A DNA stretch of 61,627 nucleotides, filler included, from Nemertoderma westbladi (taxonomy: Eukaryota > Animalia > Xenacoelomorpha): NCBI GenBank assembly GCA_032718475.1. It is 3 parts of 3 records of this genome, joined end to end, with 100 filler letters (N's around TTAATTAATTAA, not from the genome) between each part and the next. Parts side by side here need not be neighbours in the genome. Positions count along the whole stretch, not along the records: positions 30,845 to 38,634 come from JAUCBJ010008327.1; positions 38,735 to 61,627 come from JAUCBJ010001508.1; 1 more part is not named here. One strand, written 5' to 3'. The notes beneath the pieces were generated by a model that did not search any database, was not told the DNA's origin, and saw nothing but the letters and a program-made list of their open reading frames with translations. Shown piece after piece: positions 30,745-41,670 of the stretch (position 1 is its first letter; each line of letters begins with the position of its first letter). Made by a program: the position numbers and the translations under genes.

Positions 30745-30844
30745 NNNNNNNNNNNNNNNNNNNNNNNNNNNNNNNNNNNNNNNNNNNNTTAATTAATTAA
30801 NNNNNNNNNNNNNNNNNNNNNNNNNNNNNNNNNNNNNNNNNNNN
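30745..30844. other. Artificial contig-joining spacer
   Basis: Exactly 44 N + TTAATTAATTAA (stops in six frames) + 44 N = 100 nt; identical to the second spacer. Confidence 0.97.
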
Positions 30845-30968
30845 AATACAGTTTTCAGTTAGACATAAAGACGTAAGCAGTCCAGACACACAACTTAAAG
30901 GAACTATTTATACGGGGTTTCAAATCTGTTTATAGTAACGCCAGTTTTATATGCAACAATAAATTATT

Positions 30969-31139
30969 CTACGAGTACAAGTAACAGTTATAATTGCGCA
31001 AAGTTGATGCAGATTCTTTTATTAATTGATTTACAAGTTCGTCTTTATTTAGGTTAGAAATATCATGTCCTAAATCGCGGTTAATTTCCCGTAGTCGATC
31101 TACCGTGAGACCGCGTAGAATGGTCTCGGGCTCAGCCAT
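30969..31139 (-). CDS. Short ORF or first exon with SAP-like helix-extension-helix motif (56 aa)
   Basis: MAEPETILRGLTVDRLREINRDLGHDISNLNKDELVNQL follows the SAP pattern L-x-V-x-x-L-R...G...K-x-E-L-V-x-x-L. Near the contig end; could be a gag N-terminus or part of a host gene. Confidence 0.45.
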   Translation of the reverse strand: MAEPETILRGLTVDRLREINRDLGHDISNLNKDELVNQLIKESASTLRNYNCYLYS

Positions 31140-31705
31140 ATCTTTCGCACTTTCGTTGTCGGTTCGGAAGGATCGAGTCAATCAGAAGATGTACTGATTA
31201 CCGGTACTGGTACCGGTACGTAAAAAAAAATACGACAGTAGAGTCCTTTATCTCGGTGGGAAGTGTAAGCGCCGGTCGTTGACGGTGCAAATAAGTGAAA
31301 CGAATAAATAAATGAATAAAAACCCTTCCAAATATATTATCTTTCATAACAATAACAAAATATATATAATATAATAATACTACCTCAGCACGTGTAAGTC
31401 AGTAGGTACCGTAACCGTATATAAATCTATCCGAATGCCGAAACGTCTCTACTCCAACTAGGCCTATCACAGTCTTTAGCTATCCCTCTCTGACGTCCTT
31501 CTGTCAGTCCAGGTCCTACTGTATGTCTTCTCATACCACCATGTATATACTGTATATCATACAGTATAACGACTCAGTCAGGGCCTTACAGGGAATATAA
31601 TTTGTTTATTTTAATATTGTAACTTTATTTTGATTATTCTGATTCGAGTATATTGAATTATTATTGATTTCATCAAATTTTCCTGAAATATGTAAAAATT
31701 TGTAT

Positions 31706-32831
31706 GTGCTATTATGTAATGAATAATTTGGAAGTGCTGTGCTATTATGTCATGAATAATTTGGAAGTGCTGTGCTATTATGTAATGAATAATTTGGAAG
31801 TGCTGTGCTATTATGTCATGAATAATTTGTAAGTGTTGTGCTATTATGTAATGAATAATTTGGAAGTGCTGTGCTATTATGTAATGAATAATTTGGAAGT
31901 GCTGTGCTATTATGTCATGAATAATTTGGAAGTGCTATTACGTAATGAATTTGTAAGTGCTATTATGTAATGAATAATTTGGAAGTGCTGTGCTATTATG
32001 TCATGAATAATTTGGAAGTGCTGTGCTATTATGTCATGAATAATTTGGAAGTGCTGTGCTATTATGTAATGAATAATTTGGAAGTGCTGTGCTATTATGT
32101 CATGAATAATTTGTAAGTGTTGTGCTATTATGTAATGAATAATTTGGAAGTGCTGTGCTATTATGTAATGAATAATTTGGAAGTGCTGTGCTATTATGTC
32201 ATGAATAATTTGTAAGTGTTGTGCTATTATGTAATGAATAATTTGGAAGTGCTGTGCTATTATGTCATGAATAATTTGGAAGTGCTGTGCTATTATGTCA
32301 TGAATAATTTGGAAGTGCTGTGCTATTATGTAATGAATAATTTGGAAGTGCTGTGCTATTATGTCATGAATAATTTGTAAGTGTTGTGCTATTATGTAAT
32401 GAATAATTTGGAAGTGCTGTGCTATTATGTAATGAATAATTTGGAAGTGCTGTGCTATTATGTAATGAATAATTTGGAAGTGCTGTGCTATTATGTAATG
32501 AATAATTTGGAAGTGCTATTACGTAATGAATTTGTAAGTGCTATTATGTAATGAATAATTTGGAAGTGCTGTGCTATTATGTCATGAATAATTTGGAAGT
32601 GCTGTGCTATTATGTCATGAATAATTTGGAAGTGCTGTGCTATTATGTAATGAATAATTTGGAAGTGCTGTGCTATTATGTCATGAATAATTTGTAAGTG
32701 TTGTGCTATTATGTAATGAATAATTTGGAAGTGCTGTGCTATTATGTAATGAATAATTTGGAAGTGCTGTGCTATTATGTAATGAATAATTTGGAAGTGC
32801 TATTACGTAATGAATTTGTAAGTGCTATTAT
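31706..32831. repeat. 33-bp minisatellite (GTGCTATTATGTAATGAATAATTTGGAAGTGCT), ~34 copies
   Basis: Visible tandem units; a shortened variant (GTGCTATTACGTAATGAATTTGTAA) recurs near 31932, 32513 and 32797. Confidence 0.95.
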
Positions 32832-34053
32832 TGTGAATGTTTGTAAATTTGTCGTTATTTTAATATTTGATGAGTATAGTTTCAAACGTGTAAGAACTTA
32901 ATTAAGTAGTAGTTCCAGTGTATACAGTATCGTGCAGTCAAATTTAGTTGGACAAATATTTCTCTTTTCTTTGGTCATTTAATTTGTGGTCTGTTACGCG
33001 TTAAATTCCGAATCATTTGTCAATAAAATTATATATACGGATCCTAAAATACTCTTAGTGCCAGTATATAATCAAATCAAAGCGGTAGACATCCTGCCGC
33101 TGCATCCCATAGATTTCAGTAATTTAGAAAGTGTAGGTTGTGGGACCTTATCGTATGCCGTAGAAAAGTTGATAAAAACAATATACAACTTTAATTTCAT
33201 AAAAATAATGTAATCGATTAGTAAACGTATTGTAAGATATCACCTTGAGGACTGTTCACTGTTAAAGGTCCCCGAAAGTGGTCTTTTCTTTTGATATGTT
33301 CGTATTTTCAAATGAAACAAGTTTTAATCAAGCTATAACATACCAAGCTAATTGTTCTAAATTATAAGCCAAACAGAGGATACCAAAACAATAAACCTGA
33401 TTGACTTGTTGATCAAAAAAAGGCCACTTAATGCGAGTGCGGTTGACATGACACTCAATGCTCACTTTTTACAGAGAAATAAAGCGGCTCGTTGGGCAGA
33501 ACAATGTCGAATGTGAGAATATTTTAATATTGCAAAGGGATGGGATATTATTTGCTCTAATGTCGAATTTCGACCTTACGCTGATTTAACTCGGCGAACT
33601 TACTACTTAGCTACGCCCACTATCGCTATTAACCTGCTGACCCGCTACTTTTAGAGGACCACCTAGCGTTGAATATTCTAAAGTATTTCCTAAACGTAAT
33701 TAACCAAAACTATTCTCCACTATGCAGCGTACAAACTCTTATTTTTATTCTAAGCACTAACGTAAACTACAATTTCTCAAACATACGGGTTGCATACTAA
33801 TTACTAGGTATTCCAGAATTTGTAATACTAATTAATTACGCTACTGGGTTATACTAGCAACAGCCAAAAAACTGTATTATTTGACTTCACAGTAATTTTA
33901 CAAGTATGAAATAGAAAACAGAAAACAATCAAGTAGCGCCTATCTAAAACATCATAATCAAGAATTAAGCACTTGCTAAAACAATACAACATAAAGTAGC
34001 ATTAGCATTAGTGTAGTGTTGGTAGCGTTAGTATTAGCGTAGCGTTAGCTTTA

Positions 34054-34332
34054 CAGGATTTGGAAGTCACCGAGAATTAATTGGAAACTTAGGGTCCGGT
34101 TATTTAGAGCAGCAGTAGTTCCAGTACTCCTCTATGGGAGTCCATGCTGGGCTCTAACTGCTGAGGACACCAAATCTCTGGATGGCACATTCACAAGAAT
34201 GCTACACCGGGTTCATTGTGTCAATTTCAATGCACACATCTCCAACCAGACACTATATAACATTGGAGGTGTCTCATTGGTTCCCCCAAGCTTGACACTA
34301 GAACAAAATCGCCTCCGCTTTGCAGGACATTG
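34054..34332 (+). mobile_element. RTE LINE fragment, inverted relative to the copy at 35170-37064
   Basis: Reverse complement of 35407-35685 with scattered substitutions. Confidence 0.9.
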
Positions 34333-35165
34333 TTGGTTTCTTCATGCTCCTGGTAACTGATCTTCTCTCTCTGATCATCGGATATATGAGTCCCGATGAT
34401 ACGACCTGTCTTCCACCTCTTACGGGGAAGATCTGATTCCACGATAAGGACCATGTCTCTGGCGCTGACGTTTTCTTGCTGCGCAAACCACTTTGTTCGA
34501 AGTTGTAGCGTAGGAAGATAATATTTTTCGAAACGGTCAGCGAAATGACGGGATAATAACTACATAAGTTGCCAAGTTTGTCGGCACTACTCGTCTCCGT
34601 CTGTTATTTCCGACTGCGGGAGCATGGTTACAGGTTTCTTTAGTAGGAAATGCGTGGGTGTTAGTGCTTCTAGGGAGTCGGGATTCGATGAGACTGGCAT
34701 AAGCAGTCTCTCGTTGAGATAGGCGGCGATTTCTTCCATTAACATCCGCAAAAGTTCGTCGGTGAGATACGCGCGGCACAGCACTATAAAGTGAAATGTT
34801 GTCTTTACGCTACGTATGAGTCTCTCCCAACTTCCTCCCCACCAAGGGGCATCAGCGTTAGCTGATCGTCCACCTGTCTTTGGTTCCAATCTTTTACGTA
34901 AGCTTTAATCTCGTTATTGGAGCCAATGAAATTAGTACCTTTGTCAGATCTCATAGTGTTGCTAGTCCCAAAACGAGCGATTTGTCGGCGTAAACTCAGT
35001 ATGAAGCTGTTGGTAGATAGATCGATCACCATATCAAGATGGATCGCTCTAAAAGTCATAAAAACAAAGATGACGCACACTTGACTATATTCCTAGCACG
35101 ATATACTTCACTAGGGCCAAATAAATCTACACAAGTATTGGTAAAGGGTGGTTCATAACAGCTTA
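34333..35165 (-). mobile_element. Degenerate, rearranged BEL/Pao integrase fragment, same family as 38779-41670
   Basis: Translations RAIHLDMV, RSDKGTNF, WWGGSWERLIRSVK and DLPRKRW match the downstream pol. Has deletions and frameshifts. 34333-34366 encodes KISYQEHEETN, which lies much further 5' in the intact pol. Confidence 0.92.
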
Positions 35166-35169
35166 CTAC

Positions 35170-37064
35170 TAGGATCGGCATGCTGCATTGCAGCTGCATT
35201 TTTAAGAATGCTGTGCTGGCTTGTCAACAAAATTGCACCGCCACAACTCCCTATCACCCATGACATTTGCTAGATCATCCGCATCTTTAAGGCCAGTGTC
35301 CTTTAAGATGCGTCTCAAGAAAGTCATGGGCTGTCCACCATGCTTATTCACTCCATGAGGCTGCCAAAGTACAAGATTATGCACTGGCTGGTCCTCACGG
35401 CGAAAGCAATGTCCTGCAAAGCGGAGGCGATTTTGTTCTAGTATCAAGCTTGGGGGAACCAATGAGACACCTCCAATGTTATATAGTGTTTGGTTGGAGA
35501 TGTGTGCATTGTACTTGGCACAATGAACCCGGCGTAGCATTCTTGTGAATGTGCCATCCAGAGATTTGGTGTCCTCAGCAGTTAGAGCCCAGCATGGACT
35601 CCCGTAGAGGAGTACTGAAACTACTGCTGCTCTAAATAATCGGACCTTAAGTTTTCGATTAATTCTCGGTGACTTCCAAATCCTGGAAAGCCTATTCAAG
35701 GCTGCCCATGCCTTTCCCTTACGTATTCGAAGGTCCTCACCTGACTTCCGGATCTATGAACCCAGGTAACAGAAGTCGTCCACATGCTCAAGCATATCAT
35801 CCTTTGAGCTTATGCTCATCCGATCAGAGACTTGCTGAGGACTTTCAAAGTTAACTGTCAGAATTTTGGTCTTTCTGGAGTTAATAAAAAGACCAACACT
35901 AGAAGCAGCATGTTCTAATGAGCTGAGGAGCCGTTGGGCTCCCTCTAATGATTCTGAGAGTACTCCTAAGTCATCAGCAAAGTCTAGATCAGTTAGGTAC
36001 TTGGCAGGATTTCCTCGACTTCTGGAGCCAGTCGGTGGAGTTATCATGGGTAGAACATAGTCAACCACAATAATGAACAAGAATGGTGCAAGTGTGTCTC
36101 CTTGGAGGACGCCCCATAACACTTCAAATGGTTCTGTGTCACCGTCAATAGTAGACACAAATGTTGTCGAACCATCGTATACTGATCTGATTGCTGCAAT
36201 AATTTCATCAGGAATCCAATATAATGAAATTATGCTGAACATACGTGAGCGAGAGACTGAATCAAAGGCCTTGAAGAAGTCAACAAAGATAACAGCCAGA
36301 TGCCTGTATTTCTTTTTTGATAATTCTTCAATTATCCTTCTAAGTGCTAAAATGGGCTCCAAGGTCCCACGACCTTTACGGAACCCATTCTGATTTCCAT
36401 GGAGCAGTCTCTCAATGGGATCCCTGATGCGATTTAATAGAATCCTATTGTATAGCTTTGCAGCAATCGAGATCAATGAGATTCCCCGAAAAGAACCATG
36501 GCGTGTTAGGTTGCCTTTCTTGGAAACTGGCACCAACTTATTTGTTTTCATTTCTTGTGGGACTCTTGTTGTTCGGTACATGTCTACTATGATGGGATAG
36601 ATGAGCTTTAAACACTCAGGTATTCTAAAGACCTCAGGGGGAACATTATCTACTCCACTGGCACTATTGGTCTTAATGCTCTTTGCAGCAGCCTTCACTT
36701 CTGCAAAGGAGATATCACCAATGGGAATATCTGGGAGTACAGACTCAGACATTTTTACTTCTATAAAGTTATCAGGCAATACCCTGTCATTATTGAGGAG
36801 CATTTCAAAGTGGGTCTTCCAACCATTGAGGCAATCGGCTAGTGATTCAGCCTTAACCATGGTGTTTGGTTGGCTTTTCCGCCCAGTAAGCAAGTTGATC
36901 GATTTCCATGCCTGGGATGATCAGCATCATTGATGGCATCAACCAGTTGGTTTATTAGCTCCTGTAGATTAACAGAGTACTGCCTGTTCAGGGACCTAGA
37001 TGCAGCCTTAACTCCATTCTTGGCCGCTGTAGTCTGTTTGTGTCGGGACTCTTTCTGCGCCTTT
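35170..37064 (-). mobile_element. 5'-truncated RTE-clade LINE (RT and C-terminus, frameshifted) with TAG-repeat tail
   Basis: RT motifs QNGFRKGR, FVDFFKAFDSV, GVLQGDTLAPFLF, DFADDL, FCYLGS. RTE-type C-terminus RLRFAGHCFR...LWQP. Short 3' UTR ending GCCGATCCTAGTAG. No endonuclease domain. Confidence 0.92.
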
Positions 37065-37217
37065 CCACCCCTACCTTAGGGTAGCAGATAGGAGTAGCGC
37101 CCACCCCTACGTTCGGGTAGCAAATACGAGTAGCGCCCACCCCTACGTTCGGGTAGCAGCTATCGAAAGAAGAGCCTTCGTGTCGCCTCCGGCTTTGGTC
37201 GACTGTTTGCTTACTAC
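37065..37217 (+). mobile_element. Probable 3' tail of a SINE/non-LTR element with a 36-bp internal tandem repeat
   Basis: GAGTAGCGCCCACCCCTACGTTCGGGTAGCA repeated ~2.6 times, then GCTATCGAAAGAAGAGCCTTCG...TTGCTTAC. From memory it resembles a retroposon 3' tail common in marine invertebrates; not verified by search. Confidence 0.5.
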
Positions 37218-37246
37218 ATAGGATAATCAATCTGTTTATTAAATAG

Positions 37247-37508
37247 ATTCCAGAGGATGTGACGTCATGGACTGTGCATGGTATTTGGCCAGAAGTAATC
37301 CAGGGCGATTATCCCGCGTTCTGCAATGACTCATGGCACTTCGATCCCTCCAAAATCACTGACCTGGTCCCCAGACTGGCCGTCCAATGGCCTTCCTACT
37401 TTGCAGACGAACCCAAGGACGGTCTATGGGACCACGAATGGACCAAACACGGTACCTGCTCCGCCAGTCTAGCAGCACTAGACTCTCAACATAAATACTT
37501 TACTAAAG
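37247..37508 (+). CDS. RNASET2: Ribonuclease T2, internal exon with both catalytic segments
   Basis: AG acceptor at 37245-46 and GTAATG donor at 37509. Translation IPEDVTSWTVHGIWP (CAS I)...LWDHEWTKHGTCS (CAS II)...SQHKYF. Other exons not located. Confidence 0.9.
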
Positions 37509-37915
37509 GTAATGATTACGTCACATTATACCGGTACTATATATATATATATATATATATGTACGTTCGGCCTAATGGGCCATAGATATGTATCTTTGAA
37601 ATGAAGGGTATTATGTACCTATATAACACAGAATGGAAGTAAAAAGGGCCATTAGTATATCTACATATCTTGTGTATATATGTTCCTACATATACCATTT
37701 TAATATACATAAATAAAGATAAAAAAACGAGCGAAAGGGCCAACTTATATATCTATATAGCGAGATACGTAGGTATAGTGTACCTATATACCTCAAAGGC
37801 CCTATCTTATTTCTCTTCATTCTTATCATGATTAAACTCATTGTATTTCATTGGGTTCTTTTTTCAGCTCAGTTTATTGGTAAGATCAATTTGGATGCAA
37901 ATATGCCACTGTAAA

Positions 37916-38155
37916 TGGCAACCAACTCATGGAAAGCGTAGTCGTGGACGACCTGCCATAACATATATAGATCAACTTGAAAGGGATACTGAACTTGGGA
38001 GAAACGAAATTGCGACAACTATGGAGAATCGGGAAGCCTGGAAGGATCTCATTTCCACTGTCCGAGTTCGCTCGACCTAGTAGTAGTTGGAGAATCGGTA
38101 ATCCTGGAAGGATCTCATTTCCACTGTCCGAGTTCGCTCGACCTAGTAGTAGTAG
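37916..38155 (+). mobile_element. Short 5'-truncated RTE insertion (second family) with duplicated 3' end and 14-bp TSD
   Basis: Encodes WQPTHGKRSRGRPAITYIDQLERDT...NREAW, an RTE C-terminus. (TAG)n tail. TSD TATGCCACTGTAAA at 37902-37915 and 38156-38169. Confidence 0.92.
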
Positions 38156-38634
38156 TATGCCACTGTAAAAGATTTATATTTGTGACCCTAATGTAAATCA
38201 TCTCATTCTTTATGATAGTAAAGGTGGCCCTTTTCCCGTTCATTTAATTTAATAAATCAATTTTGAAACAAATGGGCCAGTCAAACTTGCTCAAAAATTG
38301 ACATGAATAGTAACATGAATTGTAAGACTTGCAATGTAATTACCACAGTTAAGTAAACTAAAATAATAAAAGTTATAATAAGCATTATTTTTGTTTGAAC
38401 ATATTTTATGTATGGTTGATATATATTCTTGAAATTTGGTAAGAGTGAACTACACCAACAAGCATTGCTTATTTGGAAATTATAAATTCAGACAGACTTT
38501 AAAATTCCGCTGTCTGCTGCGAGGGCGAGGGGGGCGAATTGACAGAAACGTAGAAGTAGCTGTGTAATTATAGAACCAACCATCAGATTCCATCTGAAAT
38601 TTGGTATGAGTGAACAAGGAGAATTGCATAATTA

Positions 38635-38734
38635 NNNNNNNNNNNNNNNNNNNNNNNNNNNNNNNNNNNNNNNNNNNNTTAATTAATTAANNNNNNNNNN
38701 NNNNNNNNNNNNNNNNNNNNNNNNNNNNNNNNNN
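38635..38734. other. Artificial contig-joining spacer
   Basis: 44 N + TTAATTAATTAA + 44 N. Confidence 0.97.
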
Positions 38735-38777
38735 ATGCAGCTGCAATGCAGCATGCCGATCCTAGTAGTAGTAGTAG
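38735..38777 (+). mobile_element. 3' UTR and (TAG)5 tail of the same RTE family as 35170-37064
   Basis: ATGCAGCTGCAATGCAGCATGCCGATCCTAGTAG is the exact reverse complement of 35165-35198 apart from tail length. Confidence 0.9.
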
Positions 38778-38778
38778 T

Positions 38779-41670
38779 AATATATACATGGACGACAATT
38801 TAAGGTCCCTTCCATCAGTAGAAGAAGCCATTGATGTCGCGAAAGGAACGGTAGAGTGTTTGAAAAGAGGTGGATTTCGACTGACGAAATTCACCAGCAA
38901 CTCCCGTGAGTTTCTGGACGCGATACCGGTAGAAGACCAAGGAACGAAAGATCTAGACTTAATAAAGGACGATCTTCCAGAAACCAAGACGCTTGGCTTG
39001 AAGTGGGACACCGAAAGAGATATCCTGTTTTTTCAGCTAAAACAGCGAGATAATCCAGTTCGGACCAAACGGATTTGTTTAAGTATCCTGAGCACTTATT
39101 TCGACCCATTGGGATTTAATAGCCCAGTTATATTGATTGCTCGGAGTTTAGTACAACAAATGTGGCTTGAAAACCACTCATGGGACGATCCACTTAAGGG
39201 AGAACTGTTAAAGAAGTGGATGAAATGGGAAGATTCTCTACCTGCCATCGAGAGCTTTGTAATTTCCCGTGCATATTTTGGTCATGTTCTTCCTACGTAT
39301 TCCTATCAACTCTATGTGTTTGGAGACGCCAGCGACATGGGAATAGGTATAGTAGCATATCTGCGAGTCGAAACTCCGGATGGAATCAAAGTCGCCTTAG
39401 TTACCTCTAAGGCATTGATTAACAATAAGTTGAAGGTTCCTCGAGCGGAGTTAAAGGCGGCTTTAAACGCTACAGCCATCGGCCGGAACGTAACAGAACA
39501 AATCGACTATCCACTGGAGAAAACTGTTTATTGGACCGACGCTTTACTCGTGTTGGAGTATATAACCAATGAAGTCTGTCAGTTCAGCGTTTTTGTTACT
39601 AACAGGGTAGCTATTATTCTTAGTCGCACAAAGATAGATCAATGGAGACATTGCCCCGGTACGATTAATCCAGCCGATATCGCCTCCAGGGGAGCAACTC
39701 CACAGGAACTGATAGATACTCCAGACTGGTTGGGTGGACCCGACTTCCTGAGTAAGGAAGAGGATGAATGGCCTCCTCACCTTACTACGGCGGAGATTAG
39801 ACAAGCCAAGGGAGCGGAGAAAGTCAAACCTAAAACCCGGGCGAGTAAATCGAAGTTATTTAAACCGACTATCGATCTATCTGTATTACATACTTCCGGA
39901 AACGATGCTTCGGATCCACAATCCCTCGCCACAAATAAGTCTGTTGTGGAAATTAGAGATAGAGATTGGAAATCTGGAACACCAGACGTCTCGCAAGGAA
40001 TCTCACCCCTGCTGCAGAGAGCAATACATCACTACAGTTCCTGGAATCGGCTCTGTAAAGCCGTCACATATTTAAGGCGATGTTTTCATCATCACTACTC
40101 CAGGATAAAGACCATTAGTGATACCGCTCCATTGACATCTGCGCAAGTTCATGTTATTAAAAATTTACCCAAATATAAGACATCCGACCGGTTTCTAAAG
40201 GAAAAAATCAGTTACCAGGAGCATGAAGAAACCAATAAGCAGATACTGAGACTCCTGCAATGCTATGAGGATTCCGATAAGTATTTCCTGTTGTTGAGAA
40301 ATCCGCAGATGCGCTTAAGGGATCGCTTCTCTAGCACAATGATAGATGGGTTAATACGTGTTGGAGGAAGGCTCACCAATGCGCCATTATCCTTTGACAC
40401 TAAATTCCCCATACTCATTAGAAATCTTGAAGTACAAATCAAGATGATTGTAGATGTTCACAGTAAACTTTATCATGCTGGTAGAGAACGAGTTCTTAGC
40501 GAAATTCGAACTCGCTATTATTTTGATAAACCCCGTAGAGCTCTGAACCAAGTTCTTAGGAACTGCATACCCTGTAGGAAAGCATTCAGTAGGCCTTTAA
40601 CACAGCGAGAGGCAGAATTACCTAGGGAACGAGTAAGCTTCTATGAACCACCTTTTACTAATACTGGTGTAGATTTATTTGGCCCTATTGAAGTATATCG
40701 TGCTAGGACTATAGTCAAGAGATGGTGTGTCATCTTCGTATGCATGACTTGTAGAGCCATCCATCTCGATATGGTGAACGATCTATCTACCAACAGCTTC
40801 GTCTTAAGTTTACGCCGACAGATCGCTCACTTCGGGACTAGTAATACCATGAGATCGGATAAGGGAACGAACTTCATTGGTGCCAACAACGAAATCCAGG
40901 CTTACGTGAAGGACTGGAACCAAAGACAGGTGGACGATCAGCTAAGGATAACAGCTTCTAGCTGGAGCTTCAACGCCGCCGACGCCCCTTGGTGGGGAGG
41001 AAGTTGGGAGAGATTAATTAGAAGTGTCAAGACCGCATTTCACTTTATAGTGCCATGCCGCGCGTATCTCACCGACGAACTTTTGCGGACGTTAATGGAG
41101 GAAATAGCTGCCTATCTCAACGAGAGACCGCTTATGCCAGTCTCATCGAGTCCCGATTCCCTGGAAGCGCTAACACCCGCGCACTTTCTACTGAAGAAAC
41201 CTGTAGCCATGCTCCCACGATCGGAGATTACCGACGGAGACGAATACTGCCGTCGAACTTGGCAACTTATGCAGTTGCTATCCCGTCGTTTCGCTGACCA
41301 TTTCGAGAAACATTATCTGCCCACGCTACAACTTCGAACTAAGTGGTTTGAGCAGCAAGAAAACGTCAGCGCCGGAGATATGGTGCTTATTGTAGATTCA
41401 GACCTTCCACGTAAACGGTGGCAGACAGGTTGTATCATCGAGACTCACATCTCGGATGATGGTTTAGTACGCTCGGTAGAACTCGTCGTCATGCGGCGTA
41501 ACTTCAAGAAGCCAGGCATAATCTTTGAGACGCAACAACTCAACCACCCAGTTGGTCGTTTATGTTTACTGGAAAGAGACAGAGAACTCTCCGGAAACTA
41601 TGGAAGGCAAGACACTCTTCCCACGACCACCTCCCTAATTCCTCAAACATCTAGGGACTCCCCAACGTGA
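38779..41670 (+). CDS. BEL/Pao LTR retrotransposon pol, 3' part (RT C-terminus, RNase H, integrase)
   Basis: IYMDD (RT), FDPLG, VFGDAS and PRAELKAA (Pao-type RNase H), NPADIASRG, H-H-C-C zinc finger, GVDLFGP / RSDKGTNF / WWGGSWERLI integrase core. The ORF-track start at 38746 is a read-through from the RTE tail. Confidence 0.95.
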   Translation, partial: NIYMDDNLRSLPSVEEAIDVAKGTVECLKRGGFRLTKFTSNSREFLDAIPVEDQGTKDLDLIKDDLPETKTLGLKWDTERDILFFQLKQRDNPVRTKRICLSILSTYFDPLGFNSPVILIARSLVQQMWLENHSWDDPLKGELLKKWMKWEDSLPAIESFVISRAYFGHVLPTYSYQLYVFGDASDMGIGIVAYLRVETPDGIKVALVTSKALINNKLKVPRAELKAALNATAIGRNVTEQIDYPLEKTVYWTDALLVLEYITNEVCQFSVFVTNRVAIILSRTKIDQWRHCPGTINPADIASRGATPQELIDTPDWLGGPDFLSKEEDEWPPHLTTAEIRQAKGAEKVKPKTRASKSKLFKPTIDLSVLHTSGNDASDPQSLATNKSVVEIRDRDWKSGTPDVSQGISPLLQRAIHHYSSWNRLCKAVTYLRRCFHHHYSRIKTISDTAPLTSAQVHVIKNLPKYKTSDRFLKEKISYQEHEETNKQILRLLQCYEDSDKYFLLLRNPQMRLRDRFSSTMIDGLIRVGGRLTNAPLSFDTKFPILIRNLEVQIKMIVDVHSKLYHAGRERVLSEIRTRYYFDKPRRALNQVLRNCIPCRKAFSRPLTQREAELPRERVSFYEPPFTNTGVDLFGPIEVYRARTIVKRWCVIFVCMTCRAIHLDMVNDLSTNSFVLSLRRQIAHFGTSNTMRSDKGTNFIGANNEIQAYVKDWNQRQVDDQLRITASSWSFNAADAPWWGGSWERLIRSVKTAFHFIVPCRAYLTDELLRTLMEEIAAYLNERPLMPVSSSPDSLEALTPAHFLLKKPVAMLPRSEITDGDEYCRRTWQLMQLLSRRFADHFEKHYLPTLQLRTKWFEQQENVSAGDMVLIVDSDLPRKRWQTGCIIETHISDDGLVRSVELVVMRRNFKKPGIIFETQQLNHPVGRLCLLERDRELSGNYGRQDTLPTTTSLIPQTSRDSPT

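Noticed and set aside
30789-30800. TTAATTAATTAA as a biological motif or piggyBac site (also 38679-38690)
   Set aside because: Identical six-frame-stop linker centred in 100-nt N spacers; a pipeline artefact.
37868-37879. 12-nt AG/GT-bounded microexon candidate for RNase T2
   Set aside because: Its peptide does not resemble the expected RNase T2 continuation; unsupported without transcripts.
38746-38778. MQHADPSSSSS as the N-terminus of a 974-aa protein
   Set aside because: It is the RTE 3' UTR and TAG tail, in frame with pol by chance.
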